64,000 nt of DNA from an uncultured Gaiellaceae bacterium (GCA_963787085.1 CAWBBO010000008.1:11146-75145); one strand, 5' to 3'. Shown: positions 21,416-30,020, counted from the stretch's first letter. Numbers and translations: made by a program. Notes: generated by a model from the letters alone, not told the origin.

Positions 21416-21732
21416 GCCGCGCAGAACGGCAGCAGCTCGCCGAGCCCGTCGGAGTGAAGGCGCCGGCCGGTGCGCTCGGCCTCGTCGAGGCCGACGCGCA
21501 GCCCGCACTCCCCGCAGCCCTCACTTCCCCCGGCCCCCACCACCCCGGCCGCCTACCCCGCCGGACCGCACCCTCGAACGACGCTCCACCACACCACCCC
21601 GGCCGCCTTCCCCCGCCGGACCGAACCTTCGACTCATTCAAGGCCCTTCGACACCACGCCCAGCTCTGATATGGGGTCTAGCGGCTGAGCACGTCTCGGG
21701 CGAAGCCGATCACGATGTGGGCCTGGCGGGTG
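21416..21732 (+). repeat. 317-bp direct repeat, copy 1 (copy 2 at 24432-24748)
   Basis: Identical by eye; includes the last ~55 nt of the HEPN gene. Confidence 0.9.
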
Positions 21733-21744
21733 ATCACGGAGCCT

Positions 21745-21845
21745 GGGGGTCAGGTCTTCTTCGTTCCACCGCGCCGGAGCTCCCACCTCGGCTGCACGGT
21801 CACGGAGCTCGTCGGCGCCGGCCACCGGTGGAACGAAGAAAACCT
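21745..21845. mobile_element. MITE/REPIN-like element, shortened copy 2
   Basis: GGGGGTCAGGTCTTCTTCGTTCCACC ... GGTGGAACGAAGAAAACCT; interior CCCACCTCGGCTGCACGGTCACG shared with the 23574 copy. Confidence 0.7.
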
Positions 21846-21866
21846 ACGAGCTGGGGTTGAGAGGAC

Positions 21867-22502
21867 CTACCAGCGATCGGGCTTCCTGATCGTTCCGTGC
21901 TCGTCGCCCAGCTCTTCTGGAAGCTGGGCAGCCGCGAGAACGCCCTCGCGGATCTGTTTCTTGAACGAAGCCACCTTGCTCAGTTCCACAGCGAACTTCT
22001 TGTGTGGGTTGAGGAGGCCCACAGGCAGGCGGAGTTCGTTTCGCACGATCTGGATCGGAAGGACAAGATCGGAGTCGTTTGAAACGACGATCGCCGCCTC
22101 GTAACGGCGCTGATGCCCGTGGTGGACGAGGAGGGCGCCGAGCGCGACATCCGAGCCCTTCTCCTCTGTCTTGATCACCTCGAACATGAGAGGCCGCTTG
22201 CCGGGTTTCGGCGGTCGCGCCGATGGCATCCGCACGATGTTCGATTGGAACAGGCCGTAGTGAACCTGTACGCCGGTCGACTCGAGGGCTCGGATGAAGG
22301 TTCGCTGACGCAGGCTCTGTTGAGAATCCCAGGGGGCGTCCTTCACGAGCGCGGTGCAGTAGTGCACCTCGCAAATCTCGTTCTTCGGGAAGGCGAGCTC
22401 GCAGTACTTCCTGATATCGAGCCATTTGTAGGGCGTCCCGCGGACCGCTCCGTAGTAGAGGTTGAAGCCATCGACGTAGACATTGGTTTTCACCGTACGC
22501 AT
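21867..22502 (-). CDS. NYN (LabA/DUF88, PIN-fold) ribonuclease
   Basis: VYVDGFNLYYG, EEKGSDVAL, VVSNDSDL catalytic acidic motifs intact. Confidence 0.92.
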   Translation of the reverse strand: MRTVKTNVYVDGFNLYYGAVRGTPYKWLDIRKYCELAFPKNEICEVHYCTALVKDAPWDSQQSLRQRTFIRALESTGVQVHYGLFQSNIVRMPSARPPKPGKRPLMFEVIKTEEKGSDVALGALLVHHGHQRRYEAAIVVSNDSDLVLPIQIVRNELRLPVGLLNPHKKFAVELSKVASFKKQIREGVLAAAQLPEELGDEHGTIRKPDRW

Positions 22503-22527
22503 CAGCCTACGCGAGGATTCAACACCC

Positions 22528-22593
22528 TAGAAAGAGCAGAGGCCGCCGAAGCGGCCCCGCAACCCTGACGCCGAAGCAACAGGGGGGATTTCA
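22528..22593 (-). ncRNA. Putative structured RNA with two cUUCGg hairpins upstream of the NYN gene
   Basis: CCCUG-UU-GC-UUCG-GC-GU-CAGGG, then GGGGCCGC-UUCG-GCGGCCUC followed by UGCUCUUUCU; extended -10 TGcTACTCT at 22600-22608. Confidence 0.6.
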
Positions 22594-22661
22594 CTGCGGA
22601 GAGTAGCACCCCCGCAGGTCTGCGCATACCCCTTACGGGGAATCCTTGCAAGGAGATACCA

Positions 22662-22684
22662 GTCAGGTCTTCTTCGTTCCACCC
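22662..22684 (+). repeat. Solo left end of the GTCAGGTCTTCTTCGTTCC element
   Basis: GTCAGGTCTTCTTCGTTCCACCC. Confidence 0.8.
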
Positions 22685-22709
22685 ACGCCGTGTTGAAGCC
22701 TGGCGTCGG

Positions 22710-22880
22710 GGCCACCCCGTCGAGCAGCACCTACGCGGGCGCGATCACTTCGCCTTCGTCCTCCGCGACCTCGATCGCGAGCTGCGGCGCCGCCCCGGCG
22801 AGCCCGAGTTGCCAGGAGATCGCGAGGCTGCGCTCGAGGCACGGCCCGCGCGCGCGGCCACCAGTACCGATCGCCGGAGA
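22710..22880 (-). pseudogene. Remnant of lasso peptide B2 (transglutaminase-like) leader peptidase
   Basis: GPCLERSLAISWQLGLAGAAPQLAIEV...VIAPA*VLLDG versus family pattern CL.RSL...L.IGV...AHAWV. Confidence 0.55.
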
Positions 22881-22944
22881 AGCGTCCCGGCGGCAAGCGG
22901 CCACATCCGTGGCGTTGGACCTCGCGAGCGGAGGGCCTCAGCCG

Positions 22945-23295
22945 TCAGGCGGAAACCGGCTCGCGGCCACGATCGACCCGAAGGCTTCCGACTGCTCCCG
23001 CCGCGCTACGTCCCGCCGCGACGATCGCGGCCTGGGCATCGGCCAGCCTCCGCTCGCTCGCGTACCGGGTCGCAGCAGCGGAGATGACCGCTCCGAAGGC
23101 ACTGAAGGCCAAGGTCGATGCTGCCTCTGCGTCGTCCGCAGAGACTTCGAACGCAATGGTGATCGAGCTGTCGCCGTTGATGGCGATCGTCGGCGCGACG
23201 AGACGATCGTCGGCGTAGACGAACTCTGCGACGAGGTCGACGAAGTTGGACACCCCAAACCCGGGAACCGTCTCGATCTCGATCGTGTACTCCAT
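22945..23295 (-). CDS. Hypothetical protein, putative antitoxin coupled to the HicA-like toxin
   Basis: TGATG overlap with the upstream gene; MEYTIEIETV... 116 aa. Confidence 0.65.
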   Translation of the reverse strand: MEYTIEIETVPGFGVSNFVDLVAEFVYADDRLVAPTIAINGDSSITIAFEVSADDAEAASTLAFSAFGAVISAAATRYASERRLADAQAAIVAAGRSAAGAVGSLRVDRGREPVSA

Positions 23296-23483
23296 CAGAT
23301 CAATCCTCGCTTCTCGAGATCTTTCAGCAGCCTCACCTTCCACACGGATCCGCTCGGCGTCGTTGGAAGAGTGTAGATCGTCGCGCCGTCCGAGTTCTTC
23401 ACCTTCAGATGCTTTCCCCCGTGCACGACCGAATAGCCGTTCGTCTCAAGTCGCTTCACGATCTCCTTGATCTCCTTGCGCAT
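23295..23483 (-). CDS. HicA-like (dsRBD-fold) toxin
   Basis: 62 aa, basic; LETNGYSVVHGGKHLKV with conserved His, TLPTTPS, DLEKRGL. Confidence 0.7.
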   Translation of the reverse strand: MRKEIKEIVKRLETNGYSVVHGGKHLKVKNSDGATIYTLPTTPSGSVWKVRLLKDLEKRGLI

Positions 23484-23573
23484 CTCGCTTCAACACGCTA
23501 CGCCGACTCCTGCGATCCCGCCAGATGCCCCGAACGGACAACGAGAGCCCGGGAGCGCACCGTCCGGGAGCCC

Positions 23574-23760
23574 GGGGTCAGGTCTTCTTCGTTCCGTCTG
23601 CCCGTGATCGCGCAGATCGAGCACGGCTGCAGCCTGCGCGGGATCGCCACCCACCTCGGCTGCTCGGTCACGACCGTCCACCGGCGTATCCGCGCCTGCG
23701 GTGATGGGCGACGGCGCCCGTCGGCGCCGGCCGCGCCTGGAACGAAGAAGACCCGACCCC
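23574..23760. mobile_element. MITE/REPIN-like element, best-preserved copy
   Basis: GGGGTCAGGTCTTCTTCGTTCC ... GGAACGAAGAAGACCCGACCCC (22-bp IR, 1 mismatch); interior translates to an HTH fragment. Confidence 0.8.
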
Positions 23761-24016
23761 ATGTCCCGGTCTTCCAGGTGCCAGTCCTGTCGACGCGGGT
23801 GATCTGTCCAATGTGCCATCTTCGTGACGATTGATCCACAGGCGCGAATTCGCGGTGTTCGGTCGGTACCGTCGTTGGGGTGTCACGCTCGCCGCAGATC
23901 AAGGTTCCCGATCGGATCTTCCAGAGCTTCGCGCAGGGTAGGCCCGGTGCCGGATCTTCCCTGCTCCGTCCCTCTTCCCTGCTCCGTCCCATCGTGCTAC
24001 GGGCCCGGGGCGCCGC

Positions 24017-24075
24017 GTGAAGTTCCGTGAGATCATATCCTGCGTCAAGCAGGACTACGGAGGCCGAACCGATGA
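24017..24075 (+). pseudogene. Internally deleted hicA toxin
   Basis: GTG-KFREII joined out of frame to ILRQAGLRRPNR*; stop overlaps the hicB ATG. Confidence 0.6.
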
Positions 24076-24293
24076 CGGAGTATCTGGTCGTAATCGAACG
24101 TGAAGGCGACTCCTGGGGCGCCTTCTGTCCCGATCTTCCGGGCATTGGCGTCGTTGCAGGCACCCGTGAAGAGGTGGAGCTGCTCATCCGCGATGCGATC
24201 TCACTCCACCTCGACGGCCTGCGGCTGGCAGGCGATCCGATTCCGGCGCCCTCCGCCGTGGGAACAACGCTCGTCCAGGTGCCCGCTGCGTAG
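24072..24293 (+). CDS. hicB: HicB-family antitoxin
   Basis: YLVVIEREGDSWGAFCPDLPG..AGTREEV...IRDAISLHL...GDPIPAP. Confidence 0.9.
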   Translation: MTEYLVVIEREGDSWGAFCPDLPGIGVVAGTREEVELLIRDAISLHLDGLRLAGDPIPAPSAVGTTLVQVPAA

Positions 24294-24431
24294 ATCCGGG
24301 CCGCGCTCCAACGCGCCAGCCGTAGACCCGGTCAGGAGCTCCAGCCTTCACCCCGCTGTGCTGAGCGCTGCGAGCCAGTTTGCTGAGCGCTGCGGGCCAG
24401 CGCCTACGCCCCGGACTCGAGCTCGTCGCAT

Positions 24432-24748
24432 GCCGCGCAGAACGGCAGCAGCTCGCCGAGCCCGTCGGAGTGAAGGCGCCGGCCGGTGCGCTCGGCCTCG
24501 TCGAGGCCGACGCGCAGCCCGCACTCCCCGCAGCCCTCACTTCCCCCGGCCCCCACCACCCCGGCCGCCTACCCCGCCGGACCGCACCCTCGAACGACGC
24601 TCCACCACACCACCCCGGCCGCCTTCCCCCGCCGGACCGAACCTTCGACTCATTCAAGGCCCTTCGACACCACGCCCAGCTCTGATATGGGGTCTAGCGG
24701 CTGAGCACGTCTCGGGCGAAGCCGATCACGATGTGGGCCTGGCGGGTG
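24432..24748 (+). repeat. 317-bp direct repeat, copy 2
   Basis: Matches 21416-21732. Confidence 0.9.
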
Positions 24749-25070
24749 GCTCGTTCGAGATCCTTCGACCCGACGTTGTAGAAGCCGTAGTGGGCTTCGT
24801 CCTTGAGGTTCAGGAGTCGTCTGAGCGCATTCGAGGCGCTCTTGCCTCCGGGCGTTATCTCCTCGAGCAGCTTCTCCGCGTCGTGGTGATCGTCACCCCG
24901 CGAGCGCCGGCCGAGCGCCTTGCAGCAGCGGCGCTGACGAAATCGGCGTCCGGCTCTGGTTCGTCGGTGATGAACCGGGCTGCCTCGAGGAACTTCTCGG
25001 CGCGCTGCAGCTTCGCCCTGGCCTCGTGCACGCCACACGGCTGCATCCGCCCTCTCCGCCGAGGGCTCAT
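24694..25070 (-). pseudogene. HEPN-domain protein, frameshifted or internally deleted near 24925
   Basis: AKLQRAEKFLEAA in one frame; CCKALGRRSRGDDHHDA...LKDEAHYG in another; ATGA-coupled to the MNT gene. Confidence 0.7.
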
Positions 25071-25693
25071 CGGCGGTTCCTCGCAAGCAGCTCCCTCACG
25101 GGAGGCCCGACCAGCGTGATCGCATCGTGCTCGAGCTCGTCGAGGATCGCCGGGCGCTCCCGCCTGAGGCGCGAAATGTCGGCGTGCGGGATCTCGGAGA
25201 TCCCGGCGTGGTTCCCGGTCCACCCGAGCACCGCGTCGGCAAGCCCGTCGAGCTGGGTGCGCCACTGCTCGTCTTCTTCGTCCACGTCCCTCGGACGCAC
25301 GACGACGAGATCGACGTCGCTTCCCGTGTCCCCGTCGCCACGAGCCGCGGACCCGAACAGCGAAACGTGAGCGGGAGGGACGAGCCAGCTCTCGACCTGG
25401 GCCGTCAGCCGGCCGATCAGCGCCGCCCGAAGATCGGTGAGCCGCAGCGCCGCGTCTGCTGCCACGTGATCGCGGTTGAGCATGTAGAGCAGCGTCCTCC
25501 CGCCGGCCTCACGTTCGGTCACGAGCCCGTGCTCGACGAACCGCCGCAACGTCTTCCAGGCGCCATTGGGCGACGTCCCCGACAGGCGAGCCACCTCGCG
25601 ACCGCTGAGAGGCCTGGTCGTTCCGGCAAGCGTCGACAGAACGCGGCCCTCCGCCCTGCCGAGAAGCACCGAGTACGGAGCCGAGAGATCCAT
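25067..25693 (-). CDS. wHTH + minimal nucleotidyltransferase (MNT) antitoxin
   Basis: LSGREVARLSG HTH; LFGSAARGDGDTGSDVDL motif. Confidence 0.88.
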   Translation of the reverse strand: MDLSAPYSVLLGRAEGRVLSTLAGTTRPLSGREVARLSGTSPNGAWKTLRRFVEHGLVTEREAGGRTLLYMLNRDHVAADAALRLTDLRAALIGRLTAQVESWLVPPAHVSLFGSAARGDGDTGSDVDLVVVRPRDVDEEDEQWRTQLDGLADAVLGWTGNHAGISEIPHADISRLRRERPAILDELEHDAITLVGPPVRELLARNRR

Positions 25694-25712
25694 GAGCGAA
25701 GCGTACCAGGTT

Positions 25713-25770
25713 TGTCCTCAGTTGAGGACATATGTATCTAGTTAAGTACAAATATCCCCACTTGAGGACA
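25713..25770. promoter_or_regulatory. Two palindromic operators upstream of the MNT gene
   Basis: TGTCCTCA-gt-TGAGGACA (25713-25730) and TATCCCCA-ct-TGAGGACA (25753-25770), 40 bp apart in an AT-rich patch. Confidence 0.7.
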
Positions 25771-26274
25771 TGTCTCTTTCGGCCCGGCTTGCATGGTGAG
25801 CGTCCACGGATCCGCCGCCCGGCGTTGGACGAAGCGGGTTGCCGAGGCGTCGCAGCGCCGGCAGGACCAGCGGCTAGTCTAGGCCCGGACTCGAGCTCGT
25901 CGCACGCCGCGCAGAACGGCAGCAGCTCGCCGAGCCCGTCGGAGTGAAGGCGCCGGCCGGTGCGCTCGGCCTCGTCGAGGCCGACGCGCAGCCCGCACGC
26001 GCCGCAGGTGATGAAACCGCCCCTCACTTCCCTCAGCCCCCACCCACGCGGCCGCCTTACCCCGCCGGACCGCCCCCTCCATCACGACGGTCCGTCTCCA
26101 CCACGCGACCGCTTACCCCGCCGGGCCGCACCCCTCGAGAACGCCCGAACCAACCATCCGACAGAGCCTTGCCCCGCTGGAGAACCCTTCAGCGACGACC
26201 GGGGAGGCCGTCTGCGAGCCGCAGCCTGGCCGTACGGGACGGCTCACGCGGGCGCGCTTGCAGTCGCCCGGACA

Positions 26275-27573
26275 CTACGGCCCGAGGAGCGCCGCGGGAA
26301 CGACGGCGATACCGTCGCGGCGTCGGTACGCGTCCTGGCCGGTCGTGACGACGACCGCGTCGAGCAAGTCGTCTCCGATGCGGTCGTGCAACCACCGGAG
26401 GTGGCGAACGTCGGTGTCGGCAATGCTCCGTGCGAGCTTGATCTCGATCGCGACGACTCGGCCGTCCGCTCGCTCGACGATCAGGTCGACCTCCCGCTCG
26501 CCCCCGGCGGTTCGGAGGTGGCTCGTCCGTGCCTCGGCGGCCTGAGCGTACACCCGTACACCCAACGTCACGAGAGACTCGAACAGCGCCCCGAGCATCG
26601 ATCCGTCCCGCTGCAACGGCAATCCCCCTGGGCGGGCTTCGAGCAGCGCCTCGGCCCCGAGGCCTAGTAGTCGCGCCGCCAGCGCGGGATCGACGAGCTG
26701 ATGCTTCGGGGGCGCCGAGAGACGACGAAGGCGGTTCCTCGTCGGCAGCCACGCCGGGACGGGGTCAACAATCCAGAGGCGCTCGAGAGTGTCGACGTAC
26801 GGCACGGTCGCCCCGCGAGAGGGCTTCTCCGCTCGCCCGCTCGTTGCGGCATCCCTGATCGCCTCGTACGACGAGGTCGTCGACGACGCAGCGGCGTAGG
26901 CGGCCATCCAGCGTCGCAACGTCGCCGGCCTCCGCACGCGATGACCCGCATCCTCGAAGTCGCGCTCGACGACACGCTGGAGGTAGCCGTCGAGCTGGGC
27001 CCGTGACACCCGGCCCGAGAGCCCGCGAAGTCCGGGAAACCCCGACGCGACGATCTCCCGCGCGTAGTCCTCGAGTCCGACCGCGGTGCTGCCCTCGACC
27101 GAGGGCCGCTGTCCGCTGAGGAGCTCCTGGAGGCTCACGGTCGGCCTCCCGACGCCTCGTTCTGCGAGCGTCAGCGGCCGCATCCGCACGGTCACGATGC
27201 GGCCCGCCCCGGAGTGGGTCGGCGCCTCCAGAGGTGCGGCCGAGCCGGTGAGCAGGAACGCGCCAGGTCGGCCGGGCTGCTCGTCCACGGCCCGGCGCAC
27301 CAGATCCCACGATTCGACGAGGCGCTGCCACTCGTCGATCAGCACAGGAGGCGGCCCCAGCAGCAGACGCCTTGGATCCGCGACGGCGAGATTCCACTCG
27401 GCAGGATCGTCAAGCCGGTGTACCGTCGCCGCTCGACGCAACGCGGTCGAAGTCTTCCCGACGCCCTTCGCGCCTTCGATCGCGACCGCGGGCAGGCCCG
27501 CAACCAGCTCATCGAGCTCGTCGTCAACCACACGGCGTAGGTACACATCGTCGATTCCCGTTCCAGAATACAT
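26275..27573 (-). CDS. AAA_14 ATPase + DUF4143 (PD-(D/E)xK-like) protein
   Basis: GAKGVGKT, VLIDEWQ, FLLTGSA, GALFESLV, EVDLIVE...AIEIK. Confidence 0.92.
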   Translation of the reverse strand: MYSGTGIDDVYLRRVVDDELDELVAGLPAVAIEGAKGVGKTSTALRRAATVHRLDDPAEWNLAVADPRRLLLGPPPVLIDEWQRLVESWDLVRRAVDEQPGRPGAFLLTGSAAPLEAPTHSGAGRIVTVRMRPLTLAERGVGRPTVSLQELLSGQRPSVEGSTAVGLEDYAREIVASGFPGLRGLSGRVSRAQLDGYLQRVVERDFEDAGHRVRRPATLRRWMAAYAAASSTTSSYEAIRDAATSGRAEKPSRGATVPYVDTLERLWIVDPVPAWLPTRNRLRRLSAPPKHQLVDPALAARLLGLGAEALLEARPGGLPLQRDGSMLGALFESLVTLGVRVYAQAAEARTSHLRTAGGEREVDLIVERADGRVVAIEIKLARSIADTDVRHLRWLHDRIGDDLLDAVVVTTGQDAYRRRDGIAVVPAALLGP

Positions 27574-27643
27574 CTACGACGCATAATACTGTACATTGAT
27601 GCAGCTCTCTAGTGGACAAAAATGACGTGCCCGGGAGGAGGGC

Positions 27644-27670
27644 GGGAGTCAGGTCTTCTTCGTTCCACCC
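27644..27670 (+). repeat. Solo left end of the GTCAGGTCTTCTTCGTTCC element
   Basis: GGGAGTCAGGTCTTCTTCGTTCCACCC. Confidence 0.8.
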
Positions 27671-27859
27671 ACCAGCCTCAGCAGCATCTTCGTGCCATTT
27701 TCGTGACGACTCGCCCACACCCATAGTCCGTTGCCTGTCTAGGCGATACTGTTGACCGATGGTGCGTCCTCCGCGGATCGAGCATGCCGGTGGTGTCTTC
27801 CGCTGGCTACCCGACCGGCCGCTCCCGTAGGCGCCGGCTGCCGCCGAGGTTCGAGCTGG

Positions 27860-29144
27860 TTGAGAAAGCGACTCGACGCGTCTACCGTGCGTGAGGCCGC
27901 CGATGGCTGACCTCGCCTACTGTCGATCGCGTGGTCGCAGGACGTCAACCAATCGGTGCTCGAGGGCCAGCGGCTGCTCGTATTCGTTGCCGGAGTCGGC
28001 GCGCTCGTCTTGCTCGCGCGGCGGATCCCGACATCCACGGTCATCGGCGGTGTTCTCACGGGGATCACCGCCGTCTCGGCGTACAGCCTGGCGACGAGGC
28101 TCTTCCCGGAGCGGATCGGGCACTTCGATGCCGTCGCCGGCTACCGGCTCGCGGCGCCCATCGGCTACTGGAACTCCTCGGCCTGCTCGTCGCGCTCGGC
28201 TCGCTGCTCGCCCTGGGGGTCGTCGCCGATTCGACGAGCCCCGCGCGACGCGCTGCGGCGGCTGCAGCGCTGGTCGTCCTGGTGCCGACGCTGTACTTCA
28301 CCTTCAGCCGCGGCAGCTGGATCGCTCTCGGCATCGGCCTCACCGCGGGCGCCGTACTCCATCCGCGCCGGAGCCGCCTTGCCGCTGCGCTGGTCGCCGC
28401 GGCGCCCGCGCCGGCGCTCGGGGTCTGGCTCGCGTCCAGATCCGAGGCGCTGACTCATCAGAACACGAGCATCGCGGCGGCCGCGCACGACGGGCACCGG
28501 CTGGCGCTGGAGCTCGTGCTGCTCGCGGTCGGGGCCGCCGCACTCGTGCTCGGACTGGCGGCGCTCGAGCGCCGCGACCGCGCCGCGCGCGCGGTCCACG
28601 CGGCGGCTGCGGCGACGTGTGTGGCGATCGTCGCAGCGATCGTGGCGGGCGCACTACGTCGCGTACCTCGTCCACACCGGTGTCGCCTGGGACTGGGAGA
28701 CCAGCGCGGTCACACTCACGGCGCTCTTCGTCGGCGTCTCGCTGCTTGCAGCCGACGAAGCGGCCCCGCGAAGGGCGATTCCGCGGACGGCACGCTGGGG
28801 CGCGCTCGCTCTGGTCATCCTCGCGCTCGTCGTCGCCTTCGCCGGGCTCGTCGGCAACATGGCCCTCTCCGATGTGGGCGCCGTGGTCGCCGCAGCCGTG
28901 GCGGCTCGTCGGCGAGGCGCAGCTCGCACGCGGCGAGCTCGGGCCCGCGCAGGCCTCCTTCCGCAAGGCGATCGGCAAGGACGGGAGCGACTGGAGCCTC
29001 TGGCTCGACCTCGCGCGCGCCAGCGAAGGGCGCGCACAGCTCGCGGCGCTCGAGCGGGCCTCGCAGCTCAATCCGCTCTCCCCCGAGATCGCGCAGTTCC
29101 GCGCGGAGCTCGACGCGCTCGGCACGATTCAGGTGGGCGGATGA
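27860..29144 (+). pseudogene. O-antigen ligase family membrane protein with C-terminal TPR, degraded
   Basis: RLAAPIGYWN, LYFTFSRGSW, AYLVHTGVAWDWE, TPR-like tail; no clear start and the central loop appears missing. Confidence 0.65.
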
Positions 29145-29563
29145 GCCTCGTCGATCTCCTCGACGAGCTCCACGGCCGCACGCGGCGTCAGCACGCGGCA
29201 GACGTGCGGGGGAAGATCGACGAGGTGCGCGGCGCCCGAAACGAGGGCGGCGGCGCCCGCGCTCCGCGTCAGGGCGACCAGGTAGTCGTCCTTCGGGTCG
29301 GCAGTGACAGCCGGCGGATCGGGAATGTCGTCGAAGCCCAGCCCATGCTCCTCCAGGGCAGCGAAGAGGTTGTCGATCTCGTCGATGCTCACGCTTCGGA
29401 ACCGATCACGGGCAAGTACCACGCGAAGCTCGCCGAAGACGGCGGGAGACACTACGACCTCGTAGGCGCCCGCATCCCACAGCTCGATCAGGCGGAACGG
29501 CCGCCCGCGGCGGGAGAGAAGTGCAGAGACGTAGACGCCGGGGTCGATTACGAGTCGCAGCAC
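29129..29563 (-). CDS. PIN-family toxin (COG1569-like)
   Basis: RLVIDPGVYVSALL, DPKDDYLVAL, LVSG(D>A)AHL. Confidence 0.85.
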   Translation of the reverse strand: MLRLVIDPGVYVSALLSRRGRPFRLIELWDAGAYEVVVSPAVFGELRVVLARDRFRSVSIDEIDNLFAALEEHGLGFDDIPDPPAVTADPKDDYLVALTRSAGAAALVSGAAHLVDLPPHVCRVLTPRAAVELVEEIDEAHPPT

Positions 29564-29809
29564 CTACGCGCGACTCGCAGCTCGCTCGTTGCGCGCTGCG
29601 CGCAGTTCCTCGTAGGCGATGCGCTCGGCCTCGTCGGGGTCGAGATCGAAGCGTGCTGCAATTCGTTCGAAAATCCCCAACAAGGTCGACTGCCGCAGGG
29701 CTTCCTCCACGACCTGCGAGACGGGGCGTCCCTGGCGAGCCGCAGAGACGCGAATGGCCCGCATCACGTCTTCGTCGACGTAGAAGGTGGTCTTCACTTT
29801 CCTGGCCAT
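29564..29809 (-). CDS. Ribbon-helix-helix antitoxin
   Basis: MARKVKTTFYVDEDVMRAIRVSAARQGRPVSQVVEEALR; directly upstream of the PIN gene. Confidence 0.85.
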   Translation of the reverse strand: MARKVKTTFYVDEDVMRAIRVSAARQGRPVSQVVEEALRQSTLLGIFERIAARFDLDPDEAERIAYEELRAARNERAASRA

Positions 29810-29993
29810 CGGATCGAATCCTACCACCAGTCCGTCATGAAGGAAAGATGGTGATGTTCGCCCGCGACCCGCTCGCGCACCCCGAGCAGCTGATCCGCCG
29901 CGTCTACGCGTACGGCTGCGTCTGCTCGGACACCGCCCCCCATTGTGGACGTCGCCGGTGCCCTCGTGCGAAGGGCGCGCGCACATCGCACCC

Positions 29994-30020
29994 GGGGAGA
30001 GGCATGGCCTCTCCCCTACG
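29994..30020 (-). repeat. GTAG-family REP
   Basis: GGGGAGAGGCATGGCCTCTCCCCTACG; same family as 46641-46776 and 51948-51972. Confidence 0.7.

Noticed and set aside
29848-29915. Short ORF start MVMFARDPLAHPEQLIRRVYAY resembling an ECF sigma N-terminus
   Set aside because: Only ~22 codons of resemblance; too short to support without a search.
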